Positions 18,074-27,885 of a DNA stretch of 28,648 nucleotides are shown one piece after another; within the stretch, counting starts at the first letter, position 1; each line of letters opens with the position of its first letter. The DNA comes from Anaerolineales bacterium (GTDB taxonomy: Bacteria; Chloroflexota; Anaerolineae; Anaerolineales; E44-bin32): the NCBI GenBank assembly GCA_050050255.1, contig JASFUN010000001.1:1-28648 (forward strand), written 5' to 3'. The notes beneath the pieces were generated by a model that saw only the letters and a list, made by a program, of their open reading frames with translations, was not told the DNA's origin and searched no databases. The position numbers were made by a program, and so were the translations under genes.

Positions 18074-19027
18074 ATGGAAATCAAACCTGAAAGCCTCGCA
18101 ATCCGTCTCATGCTGCTGCTTGGCTTGTTTTTGGGCCTCGATTCCTGTGGGTTGCAAGCCAGGCGCGCCCCTTCGCTTGACCACGGGCCCGGCGTGGCTG
18201 TGACGCAAGTCACTGAGGACGCTGCTATCGGCGGATCACAGGGTGCGACCGGACAGCCCACCGCCAGCTCTTCCGCAACTGGCGCGGGCGTGAAAGCAAC
18301 ATCCAAACCGCAGTGTACTGAACTACAGGGGCGCTTCGACCAGGTCGAGTACTCAAGCCAGCTCACTGGTGAGTATGTGCCGGTGTTAGTCTACTTACCG
18401 CCCTGCTATTCGGAAACGGATGAATATCCGGTGCTCTTCCTTCTGCATGGCAAACCGCAGGATGAAAAACACTGGCGCATCCTGGGAATCGACGAGGTCG
18501 TCCATCGGCGCATTCAGGCGGGTGATCTGCAAGGTGTGATCCTGGTCATGCCGCAGCAGCCCGAACCGCTTTTCAGCCAAACGGATGGGGGTCCAGGTTC
18601 TTATGAGGGGGAATTCATCTCCACGCTTGTCCCTTTCATCGAGTCACGCTATGCGGTGAGCAGAGAACCTGCCCGCCGAGCACTGGCGGGAATCTCGCGT
18701 GGCGGGGTATGGGCTCTTGAGATCGGCTTCACGCACCCTCATTTTTTTGGAAGCGTAGCCGCCTTGAGCCCGGCCCTGAACGTCAATGTGGCACGCGAAG
18801 CATACGACCCAATGTATCTGGCTCAAAATGCAGAAACGTTGACCGGGCGTATTTTCCTGGCCAGCGGGGATGTTGATTCAGCAGCCGCCGATACAGAAGG
18901 CTTGCATTTGATTTTGACCCGACGCGGGATAGAGCACCGCTACACGACTGTGCCGGGCGGACATGAGGGTGCTACCTGGGAACAACTGCTGGGCGAGATG
19001 CTGGATTACTTGGCCCGGGATTGGTAA
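18074..19027 (+). CDS. Exported alpha/beta-hydrolase, putative esterase (CE1/XynC-like), about 317 aa
   Basis: VYLPPCY, YPVLFLLHG, RALAGISRGG (nucleophile elbow), FGSVAALS and GGHEG. Hydrophobic N-terminus with Cys and a Thr/Ser/Gly linker. Start uncertain (18044 or 18074). Confidence 0.82.
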   Translation: MEIKPESLAIRLMLLLGLFLGLDSCGLQARRAPSLDHGPGVAVTQVTEDAAIGGSQGATGQPTASSSATGAGVKATSKPQCTELQGRFDQVEYSSQLTGEYVPVLVYLPPCYSETDEYPVLFLLHGKPQDEKHWRILGIDEVVHRRIQAGDLQGVILVMPQQPEPLFSQTDGGPGSYEGEFISTLVPFIESRYAVSREPARRALAGISRGGVWALEIGFTHPHFFGSVAALSPALNVNVAREAYDPMYLAQNAETLTGRIFLASGDVDSAAADTEGLHLILTRRGIEHRYTTVPGGHEGATWEQLLGEMLDYLARDW

Positions 19028-19063
19028 AAAAACTGCGCAGGGACGACCATCCGTCCCTGCGCA
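19026..19063 (-). terminator. Intrinsic terminator for clpB, possibly bidirectional
   Basis: Perfect 12-bp stem TGCGCAGGGACG/CGTCCCTGCGCA (19034-19045/19052-19063). The A7 run at 19026-19032 gives a U-tract on the minus strand. Confidence 0.85.
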
Positions 19064-19075
19064 TTATTCTCACGC

Positions 19076-21676
<2,601 letters not shown>

Positions 21677-21761
21677 ATCTGCACCTCGATTAGTGAGATC
21701 AAGCTTTCATAAATCTCTTCAATTAAGCACGCGCCCGGTTGAACCTGCTCATGCGATCTTG

Positions 21762-21767
21762 ATTATA
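21762..21767 (-). promoter_or_regulatory. Putative -10 box of clpB
   Basis: Perfect TATAAT on the minus strand about 85 nt upstream of the clpB ATG. RBS GAGGTG. -35 is poor. Confidence 0.4.
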
Positions 21768-21925
21768 GAAAGCTTGCATATGAGTGCCGTTGGAGCGGCG
21801 TTAACGTAAGATTTACAGAAGAGTTAATGGATTTCATATGTCGTATTTGGATACTTCTAACGTACGGACGTTATCTTTTAATGCGTAAGCTAGATACGGA
21901 AACTTCACTTTACGGAGGATTACAA

Positions 21926-22318
21926 ATGCAAAGGTATTACATCACACCACGTGGTTATCGGCCGATGCGCAGATATCAGCCGACAGGCTTCAACGGAGGC
22001 CGTCGCTTGCCGATCGATGTGCGCGCCGATGATGATGGATATGAGATCACGGCTGAGGTCCCTGGCCTGACAGCAGAGGACGTCAAGATTGAGATTCTTG
22101 ATGACGTCGTGACCCTGCGGGCTGAGCTCGAGACGGAAGAAGAAGGCGATCGTGTGCTCCTGCGCGAGCGTGGACCGATAGCGTTCGAACGCCGTTTGCG
22201 ATTACCAGACCCTCTGGACGTTGACGGGGCGGAAGCGAAAATCGAGAATGGCCTATTGCGGCTCCACCTGCCTAAGGCAGAGGAAGCACGGCCAAAGATG
22301 ATTGAAGTTAAAGCCTGA
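21926..22318 (+). CDS. Small heat-shock protein, Hsp20/alpha-crystallin family, 130 aa
   Basis: LPIDVRADDDGYEITAEVPGL...VKIEILDDVVTL...FERRLRLP...AEAKIENGLLRLHLPKAEEARPKMIEV. Start moved to ATG 21926 (GGAGGA). Confidence 0.95.
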   Translation: MQRYYITPRGYRPMRRYQPTGFNGGRRLPIDVRADDDGYEITAEVPGLTAEDVKIEILDDVVTLRAELETEEEGDRVLLRERGPIAFERRLRLPDPLDVDGAEAKIENGLLRLHLPKAEEARPKMIEVKA

Positions 22319-22343
22319 AATGCTGCAGGTATAACTGCGGTAC

Positions 22344-22374
22344 AATGGGCGGCGAAAGCCGCCCATTTTTTGTT
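22344..22374 (+). terminator. Intrinsic terminator after hsp20
   Basis: AATGGGCGGC-GAAA-GCCGCCCATT (10-bp stem, GNRA loop) followed by a T-run. Confidence 0.88.
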
Positions 22375-22395
22375 AACTAAACAGGTCAGGGTTAC

Positions 22396-23082
22396 ATGTT
22401 TCCGATCAGGGACACTATACGCTCCAGATCCTTCCCGCTGGTCAATCTGGCGCTCATAGCGGTCAACGTCCTGGTGTTTCTCTTCCAAGCCTCGCTAAGC
22501 CAGCAAGGTTTCATGCGCATCATCCAGGTCTACGGGCTGGTTCCGGCGCACATCTCGCTCTCGCGCCCGGTGGAATTCTTCACGGTTTTCTCATCCATGT
22601 TTATGCATGGAAGCTGGTTTCATCTCATCAGCAATATGTGGACCCTGTATATCTTCGGCGATAATGTAGAAGACCGTATGGGATCGTTCCGCTACCTGGT
22701 CTTTTATCTGCTCGCCGGATCGATCGCGGCGGCGACACACGTGATTTTTGCGCCAAATTTGCAGCAGCCGACGGTGGGTGCCAGCGGAGCGGTCGCCGGG
22801 GTGTTGGGGGCTTATTTTCTGCTGTTCCCGAATTCCAGGGTGGTCACTTTTATCCCGATCTTCTTCCTCCCCTGGTTCGTACAGATCCCGGCCTTCATTT
22901 ACCTCGGCATCTGGTTTCTCTCACAGCTTGCAAACGGCGTCATGCTGAATCAGGCCATGAGTGGCATCGCCTGGTGGGCGCACATCGGCGGATTCATAAC
23001 CGGGCTGGTGTTGGTTCGGGCTTTTGCCCGACCAGAGCGTGTCGATGTCACATTTCACCAGGGTGATTACTGGCCCGGATAA
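22396..23082 (+). CDS. Rhomboid family intramembrane serine protease, 228 aa
   Basis: SMFMHGSWFHLISNMWTLYIFGDNVED, TVGASGAVAGVLGAY (catalytic Ser) and IAWWAHIGGF (catalytic His). About six TMs. Confidence 0.95.
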   Translation: MFPIRDTIRSRSFPLVNLALIAVNVLVFLFQASLSQQGFMRIIQVYGLVPAHISLSRPVEFFTVFSSMFMHGSWFHLISNMWTLYIFGDNVEDRMGSFRYLVFYLLAGSIAAATHVIFAPNLQQPTVGASGAVAGVLGAYFLLFPNSRVVTFIPIFFLPWFVQIPAFIYLGIWFLSQLANGVMLNQAMSGIAWWAHIGGFITGLVLVRAFARPERVDVTFHQGDYWPG

Positions 23083-23124
23083 AATCTATATACAATGGTA
23101 TCGATTTCAGGAAGGGGTTCTATC

Positions 23125-23856
23125 ATGAGCGATATCGGTCCCTCTATCAACCCAAACACAGCAGATCAACAGGAATTGATCCTGTTGCCCGGGGTCGGGG
23201 AAGCGCTAGCCCAACGGATCATCGAGCGTCGCCCTTTTGATTCGATCGAAGATTTGCAGCGTGTCCCCGGGTTGGGAGAAAGCACGCTCGACCGCATCAG
23301 GCCTATGATCGCCCTCAAAGAGCAGGATGTGCCCGAAGGCTCCCGGGAAGACTCCGTACCTGAAGTCGGTGCTGGGGGTGAGCCCGACCGGAGCGAATTC
23401 ATGACGAGATCTCAGGTCCTGGGTGTCAGCGCAGCCATGGCAGGAGTCGGGGTCATCGTCTCGATCTTACTGGTGCTGGCCATATTTATCGGTGTTAACC
23501 GGACCTTGAATTACTCGCGCCACGAAGCCGTGCGAACTATGGCCTCCGATGTGACGCAGATCGAGGTTGAGTTAGAGGGGTTGGCCGGAACATTGGACGG
23601 GGTGGAAGAACGCCTGCAGGCCCTCGAGGGTTTGAGCGGGCGTATGGCTGAACTGGAGGCTGAGACGCAGGACCTCGCTGGTGATGTCGCTGCAGCCTCG
23701 GCGCAGGTTCAGAGCATGCGCACACGTATCGGGGATATTTCAATCCGGATTGACGAGGTCGCCCGACAGTCGCAAAATCAGGCCACCTTTTTTGAGCGCT
23801 TACAGAGCTTGCTCACCGAGCTTTTCGGTGGCCCGGTTGAGGAGGGCACACAATGA
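23125..23856 (+). CDS. Helix-hairpin-helix (ComEA-type) domain + single TM + coiled coil, 243 aa
   Basis: INPNTADQQELILLPGVGEALAQRIIERRPFDSIEDLQRVPGLGESTLDRI, then TM GVGVIVSILLVLAIFIGV and a long heptad region. Start moved to ATG 23125. Confidence 0.85.
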   Translation: MSDIGPSINPNTADQQELILLPGVGEALAQRIIERRPFDSIEDLQRVPGLGESTLDRIRPMIALKEQDVPEGSREDSVPEVGAGGEPDRSEFMTRSQVLGVSAAMAGVGVIVSILLVLAIFIGVNRTLNYSRHEAVRTMASDVTQIEVELEGLAGTLDGVEERLQALEGLSGRMAELEAETQDLAGDVAAASAQVQSMRTRIGDISIRIDEVARQSQNQATFFERLQSLLTELFGGPVEEGTQ

Positions 23857-24686
23857 CGGACTCGCAGAATCAGGTTGAGGCCAAACAGGAAACGGCGGCC
23901 AGGGTTGAATCATCCCCTCAGGGAAAGCGAATGACCGCGCCGGAACCTTCGGTCGCCCGGAAAGTGGTGCGCTGGATATTCCGTATGCTGGTGGTAATTT
24001 TTCTGGGGATCGCCCTAGGCGCGGGTATTTACTATGGAGTGCGGCGTTTCTACCGGGATGCGATCGAACCTCTACAAACAATGGATCAGCGTACGCGCCA
24101 GGTGGAAACGAACGTTGCTGAGTTAAGCGAGACGATCCGGGAAGACAAGAAATCAGCGTTGGAAGAGATTGCCGATTTGAAGGGAAAACTTGCTGTTCAA
24201 GCGGAGGAAATAGCCACGCTATCATCCCAGCTATCCAGGCTTGAAACTCAGGCGGCGGAGCAAGCCGAGGCGCTTGATGAGATAACGGGACTGCGTGAAG
24301 ACATAGACCAGATCCAGGATGATTTCACGTCGTTGGACGGGCAGCTTGCGGATCTTGATGAGCTCGTCCAGGCGGAGGATCTTCCTGCCGCTCAGGTGCG
24401 GGAGAATCTGCAATTGATGCGGGTTATGATCTTATTGACGCGCGCCCGCCTGTGGGTAGAACAAGACAATTTTGGCCTGGCGGGCGAGGATGTGGACGCG
24501 GCGATTGGTATCATGGATGAAATGATGATTGACGGGACAGAAACTGAGGACCAGCCAGATCAAGCGTTGCTTGCGATCAGTGAGCAGCTTACACTGGCTT
24601 CTGACAATCTCGGGGACAATCCTACTCTCGCTGAAGAGGAACTGGAGATCGCCTGGAAATTGTTGTTCGAAGCCACCGCGCCTTAG
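23853..24686 (+). CDS. Uncharacterised single-pass coiled-coil membrane protein, 277 aa
   Basis: ATGA overlap with the upstream gene and RBS GAGGAGG. Basic RKVVRWIFR, then a TM, an acidic coiled coil and a C-terminal helical bundle. Confidence 0.8.
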   Translation: MTDSQNQVEAKQETAARVESSPQGKRMTAPEPSVARKVVRWIFRMLVVIFLGIALGAGIYYGVRRFYRDAIEPLQTMDQRTRQVETNVAELSETIREDKKSALEEIADLKGKLAVQAEEIATLSSQLSRLETQAAEQAEALDEITGLREDIDQIQDDFTSLDGQLADLDELVQAEDLPAAQVRENLQLMRVMILLTRARLWVEQDNFGLAGEDVDAAIGIMDEMMIDGTETEDQPDQALLAISEQLTLASDNLGDNPTLAEEELEIAWKLLFEATAP

Positions 24687-24723
24687 AGGCGTGAATCTTA
24701 TCTGCTGAGGAGGGAAAAGAGCC

Positions 24724-25380
24724 ATGCAAGAGGAAGAACAGGGAGCCGGTACGATCGGGAACGAAGATCAGGAGCCAGTCGAAGCCAGCCCTGAAACTGC
24801 AACCACAGAGCCTGAACTGGAACAAATGGACCAGATGGAAGAGGAGCAGGCCGAACCGCGCCGGCTGAGGCGATTCTTGACCTGGACGGTGGGACTCCTG
24901 CTTTTATTCGCGTTTGGGGTCGTCGCAGCCTGGTTCCTTCAAATAAAGCCCATGCGTGAACAGAATCAAAGCCTGCGCGCCGATCTCGCCGAAGCGCGCC
25001 AGAGCGTTGAATCGCTAACCAGCGAGGTCGAGGATCTGAGGCCGCTTAAAGCTAGAAATCAGGCGCTGGAGGAACAGGTGACTCAGTTGGAAAGTCATAT
25101 CTTCCTGCTGGATGTCCTCGTCGATATCTCCAAGGCGCAGCTGGCATTGGCCGAAGAGGATCTTATCGCCGCTGAGAACGCCCTGCGTGGCACGGATAAG
25201 CGCCTGAATCAGCTTGAAAATCGTCTGAGCGGAAACGATTCCGAGACGGTGCGTGGGTTGAGCGAAAGGCTCGCATTAGCGATTGAGGAAGTTGAAACGG
25301 ATGAGTTCGCGGCCCGCCGAGACCTGGAAATCCTGGCCAACAACCTGATCGCTCTTGAACAGCGGCTTTTCGGTGAGTGA
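24724..25380 (+). CDS. Uncharacterised single-pass coiled-coil membrane protein, paralogue of the upstream gene, 218 aa
   Basis: RBS GAGGAGG. Acidic N-terminus, RRLRRFLTW, then a TM, a coiled coil and a C-terminal bundle similar to that of 23853..24686. Confidence 0.8.
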   Translation: MQEEEQGAGTIGNEDQEPVEASPETATTEPELEQMDQMEEEQAEPRRLRRFLTWTVGLLLLFAFGVVAAWFLQIKPMREQNQSLRADLAEARQSVESLTSEVEDLRPLKARNQALEEQVTQLESHIFLLDVLVDISKAQLALAEEDLIAAENALRGTDKRLNQLENRLSGNDSETVRGLSERLALAIEEVETDEFAARRDLEILANNLIALEQRLFGE

Positions 25381-25404
25381 ATCCTGACACTGCATTTAAA
25401 TTTG

Positions 25405-25434
25405 AGCCCCCATATCCGTATGGGGGCTTTTTTT
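25405..25434 (+). terminator. Intrinsic terminator closing the coiled-coil gene unit
   Basis: AGCCCCCATA-TCCG-TATGGGGGCT (10-bp stem) followed by a T-run. Confidence 0.88.
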
Positions 25435-25479
25435 ATGAACTGAGGGACGCTAGAGCCGCCCTTCCGGTTGCGGAGCGCA

Positions 25480-26583
25480 TCAGTAGCGGGCGGTCGCGGC
25501 GATCTTTCCGGCCTTGGTCAGTTCTGGCGCCGGGGAAATGATTTCTACCTCGCCTCCATCCTGTAAGACCTTATGTACCGCCACCTCAACCACATCCTCG
25601 ATCTCTTCGAAGGGGTTGCCGCAGAACGGGCATTCTTCGCTCGGCTCAGCAGAAATAAAACCACAATTCGTGCATCTGAAGCCAGGTGCGCGGTAGCCGT
25701 CTTCGATCACCAACATCTGGACGTTTCCAGCGTACACAGCCTGGAGAGTATCGTCCAGGCCGCTGGCGCCACGCTCCTTTGCTGCGGCGGTCAGTACGCT
25801 TTTAATCAACTCCTGCTCCTCGCGTTCTTTGACATCTTCGGCGACGCGCATAACCGTTTCGAGCAGCTGTGCGTGTCCTGCCGTCATGTCGATCGTAAAG
25901 GTTCCCAGAACGATAGATTGCCAGCGCTTTGGGAGCAGTTCGATGAATCGTTGGGTGATCGGTTCCGAGCCGCCGATCAGTATCCTGCGTATTTTGTTCT
26001 GGTCAAAAAACTTTGCGGCGAAATCGGCCGACTCACGCAGGTTGCGTTCCACCAATTCCTCCGTGTAGCGCGTCTGCCCTGCGGTGCCGCCGCGACGGCC
26101 GGCAGCCTGTGACCCACCACCGCTTTTCGTATGCCGGACGTTCTCGCCCTTGATCTCTTCCTGTTCACTGATTTCACCCAGGTGAAAATGGAAGGCTCGC
26201 AGTCCTTGTTTGTCAACAATGGCGACGCCATAATGTCCAAAATGATCCAGTAGAGCAGCTAGCGGCTTTACGTAGGGCTTGGGTAGGAGCCGGGCGCGAT
26301 TGCGCACGGGAATCGGGAGGCTGATGGCGTGGAAGAAATCATCAGCCTGACAGGAGAACAAAACCAACCCCTGGCCGGAACCATCGTAATGATGCTCGAG
26401 ATAATTGTGAATCGCCTCGACATCTTCAGGGGACTGATCGCTGTAGGGTTTTAGCATCTGGCGGGAGCGGAGCCTGGCTTTTTCCGTTGTCGTTTGCGAG
26501 GGGTCAAAATTCAGATAGACACTTAATACTGGTTGCGATGACTGGAACTCGATTAGATCTCTGATGTCCAATTCGCGCAGCAT
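25480..26583 (-). CDS. Bacterial archaeo-eukaryotic release factor (eRF1/aRF1 superfamily, baeRF10-like) with zinc ribbon, 367 aa
   Basis: VLSVYL...GLVLFSC...PYVKPL (domain 1), YGVAIVDKQGLRAF and GGGSQ loop (domain 2), RILIGG, and GASGLDDTLQAVYAGNVQMLVI (domain 3) with CTNC...CPFC. RBS GGAGGAGG. Confidence 0.82.
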   Translation of the reverse strand: MLRELDIRDLIEFQSSQPVLSVYLNFDPSQTTTEKARLRSRQMLKPYSDQSPEDVEAIHNYLEHHYDGSGQGLVLFSCQADDFFHAISLPIPVRNRARLLPKPYVKPLAALLDHFGHYGVAIVDKQGLRAFHFHLGEISEQEEIKGENVRHTKSGGGSQAAGRRGGTAGQTRYTEELVERNLRESADFAAKFFDQNKIRRILIGGSEPITQRFIELLPKRWQSIVLGTFTIDMTAGHAQLLETVMRVAEDVKEREEQELIKSVLTAAAKERGASGLDDTLQAVYAGNVQMLVIEDGYRAPGFRCTNCGFISAEPSEECPFCGNPFEEIEDVVEVAVHKVLQDGGEVEIISPAPELTKAGKIAATARY

Positions 26584-26627
26584 AGATGTCCTCCTCCAAT
26601 AGTGAGGTCTAGGTGAATGCCATAGCC

Positions 26628-27839
26628 TCAGGGGCGAGCACCAATCGTCAGTGGAATATCCACCTCCTCATTATCGCGTATAACCGTCAGCGTGACGGTC
26701 TGGCCAGCGTTGGTGAATTTAAAAAGATAGGAGAGCAGATCTGCGAATGTGTAGACGGGTTCTCCATCGATGGCGATGATTAAGTCCCCACCACTGCGCA
26801 GGTTGGGTATGGCGGTCTCAGCAGCGCCGCCGCGCAAGCCAGCCTGATCGGCGGGCCCGCCGGGGATGACCTCTGTGATATAGGCGCCGTTTGTGAACGG
26901 TCCGTAGCCCAGGGCTTCGATCGTCTTCAGATTCCAGAGATCATCGTCGAGGCTTGAGATGCCGAGATATGGATAGCGGTATTCCCCGTTCCGGATGATC
27001 CCCGGTGCCACCCGGCGAACGATGTTGACCGGTATCGCAAATCCGACGCCTGAGCTTGCGGCATCTCCCTCCACCGTGAAGGTCTCGGTCTGGATGGCAC
27101 GGTTGACGCCAATCACCTCGCCGCTCATGTTCAAGAGCGGTCCTCCGGAGTTGCCGGGGTTGATTGCGGCATCAGTCTGGATCAGGTCACCAGCTGAGAA
27201 ACGCAGGCCTCCTGGCGTGGTGCGCTCGGATTCGAGCGTCCTGCCGATGGCGGAAATAACGCCGACTGTCATCGTGCCGCGCAGCCCAAATGGGTTGCCG
27301 ATGGCGACAACAAACTCGCCCACCCTAACGCCATCCGAATCACCCAGCGGCAGCGGGGACAGGTACTCTGAGTCGATGTCCACTTTCAAGATTGCAAGAT
27401 CTGAATCGGGATCGATTCCAATCAAATCAGCCCAGGCCTTCGCCCCCGAAGGGAAATCGACCTCGATCTCATCCGCGCCGCTGACAACGTGCTGGTTGGT
27501 GATGATGTAGCCTTCTTCATCAATCACGAAGCCGGATCCCTGACCGGCTGGAAGGGTGCCGGTCAGTCCCGAGGTGCTGTCATCAAAAATCCAGATCGTG
27601 ACCACGCCTGGGCTGACATTGGAATAGAGTGAGGTCAGATCCCCGCGGGTTATCTCAGTCTGATCGCTGAGGATGGGTGATGTCAGGTTTACAGCAGGTG
27701 AGGTTGAAGCCGGCAGCTCCATTGCGGGTGGCAGGGTTTCCTCAACCGGGGAAGGTGGCACAAGTTCCAGCCCGCAGGCAAGGTTCGAAAGCAGCAGGAC
27801 CAGCGCTACCGCCACGAGGTAATGTTTTCTTTTTTTCAT
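26628..27839 (-). CDS. htrA: HtrA/DegP-family serine protease with one PDZ domain, lipoprotein, 403 aa
   Basis: GSGFVID...ITNQHVV (His), DSDLAILKV (Asp), QTDAAINPGNSGGPL (Ser), PDZ GAYITEVIPGGPADQAGL, and signal MKKRKHYLVAVALVLLLSNLA-C. Confidence 0.93.
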   Translation of the reverse strand: MKKRKHYLVAVALVLLLSNLACGLELVPPSPVEETLPPAMELPASTSPAVNLTSPILSDQTEITRGDLTSLYSNVSPGVVTIWIFDDSTSGLTGTLPAGQGSGFVIDEEGYIITNQHVVSGADEIEVDFPSGAKAWADLIGIDPDSDLAILKVDIDSEYLSPLPLGDSDGVRVGEFVVAIGNPFGLRGTMTVGVISAIGRTLESERTTPGGLRFSAGDLIQTDAAINPGNSGGPLLNMSGEVIGVNRAIQTETFTVEGDAASSGVGFAIPVNIVRRVAPGIIRNGEYRYPYLGISSLDDDLWNLKTIEALGYGPFTNGAYITEVIPGGPADQAGLRGGAAETAIPNLRSGGDLIIAIDGEPVYTFADLLSYLFKFTNAGQTVTLTVIRDNEEVDIPLTIGARP

Positions 27840-27885
27840 GCTTCCAACCAGTCCTGAAAAACCAACCCGCTGTCACACTGGATTA

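Noticed and set aside
21685-21703. HAIR-like imperfect repeat CTCGATT-N5-GATCAAG over the clpB RBS
   Set aside because: Each arm matches only 5 of 7 positions and the spacer is 5 rather than 7 nt.
21683-21717. Alternative 5-bp helices that could hide or expose the clpB SD
   Set aside because: Helices this short arise by chance, and there is no supporting conservation data.
21722-21790. CIRCE-like half-sites (TAAGCACGC; GAGTGCCGT) in the clpB/hsp20 spacer
   Set aside because: Single arms match 6-7 of 9 positions, but no partner arm lies at the required 9-nt spacing.
21827-21925. ORF-track N-terminal extension of Hsp20, and similar extensions at 9699, 13572, 14682, 17942 and 23095
   Set aside because: The extensions lack an RBS and homology-like content; downstream starts have clear SD sequences.
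22341-22346. TACAAT overlapping the hsp20 terminator as a possible rhomboid promoter
   Set aside because: Plausible, but there is no -35 or extended -10, so it is too weak to call.
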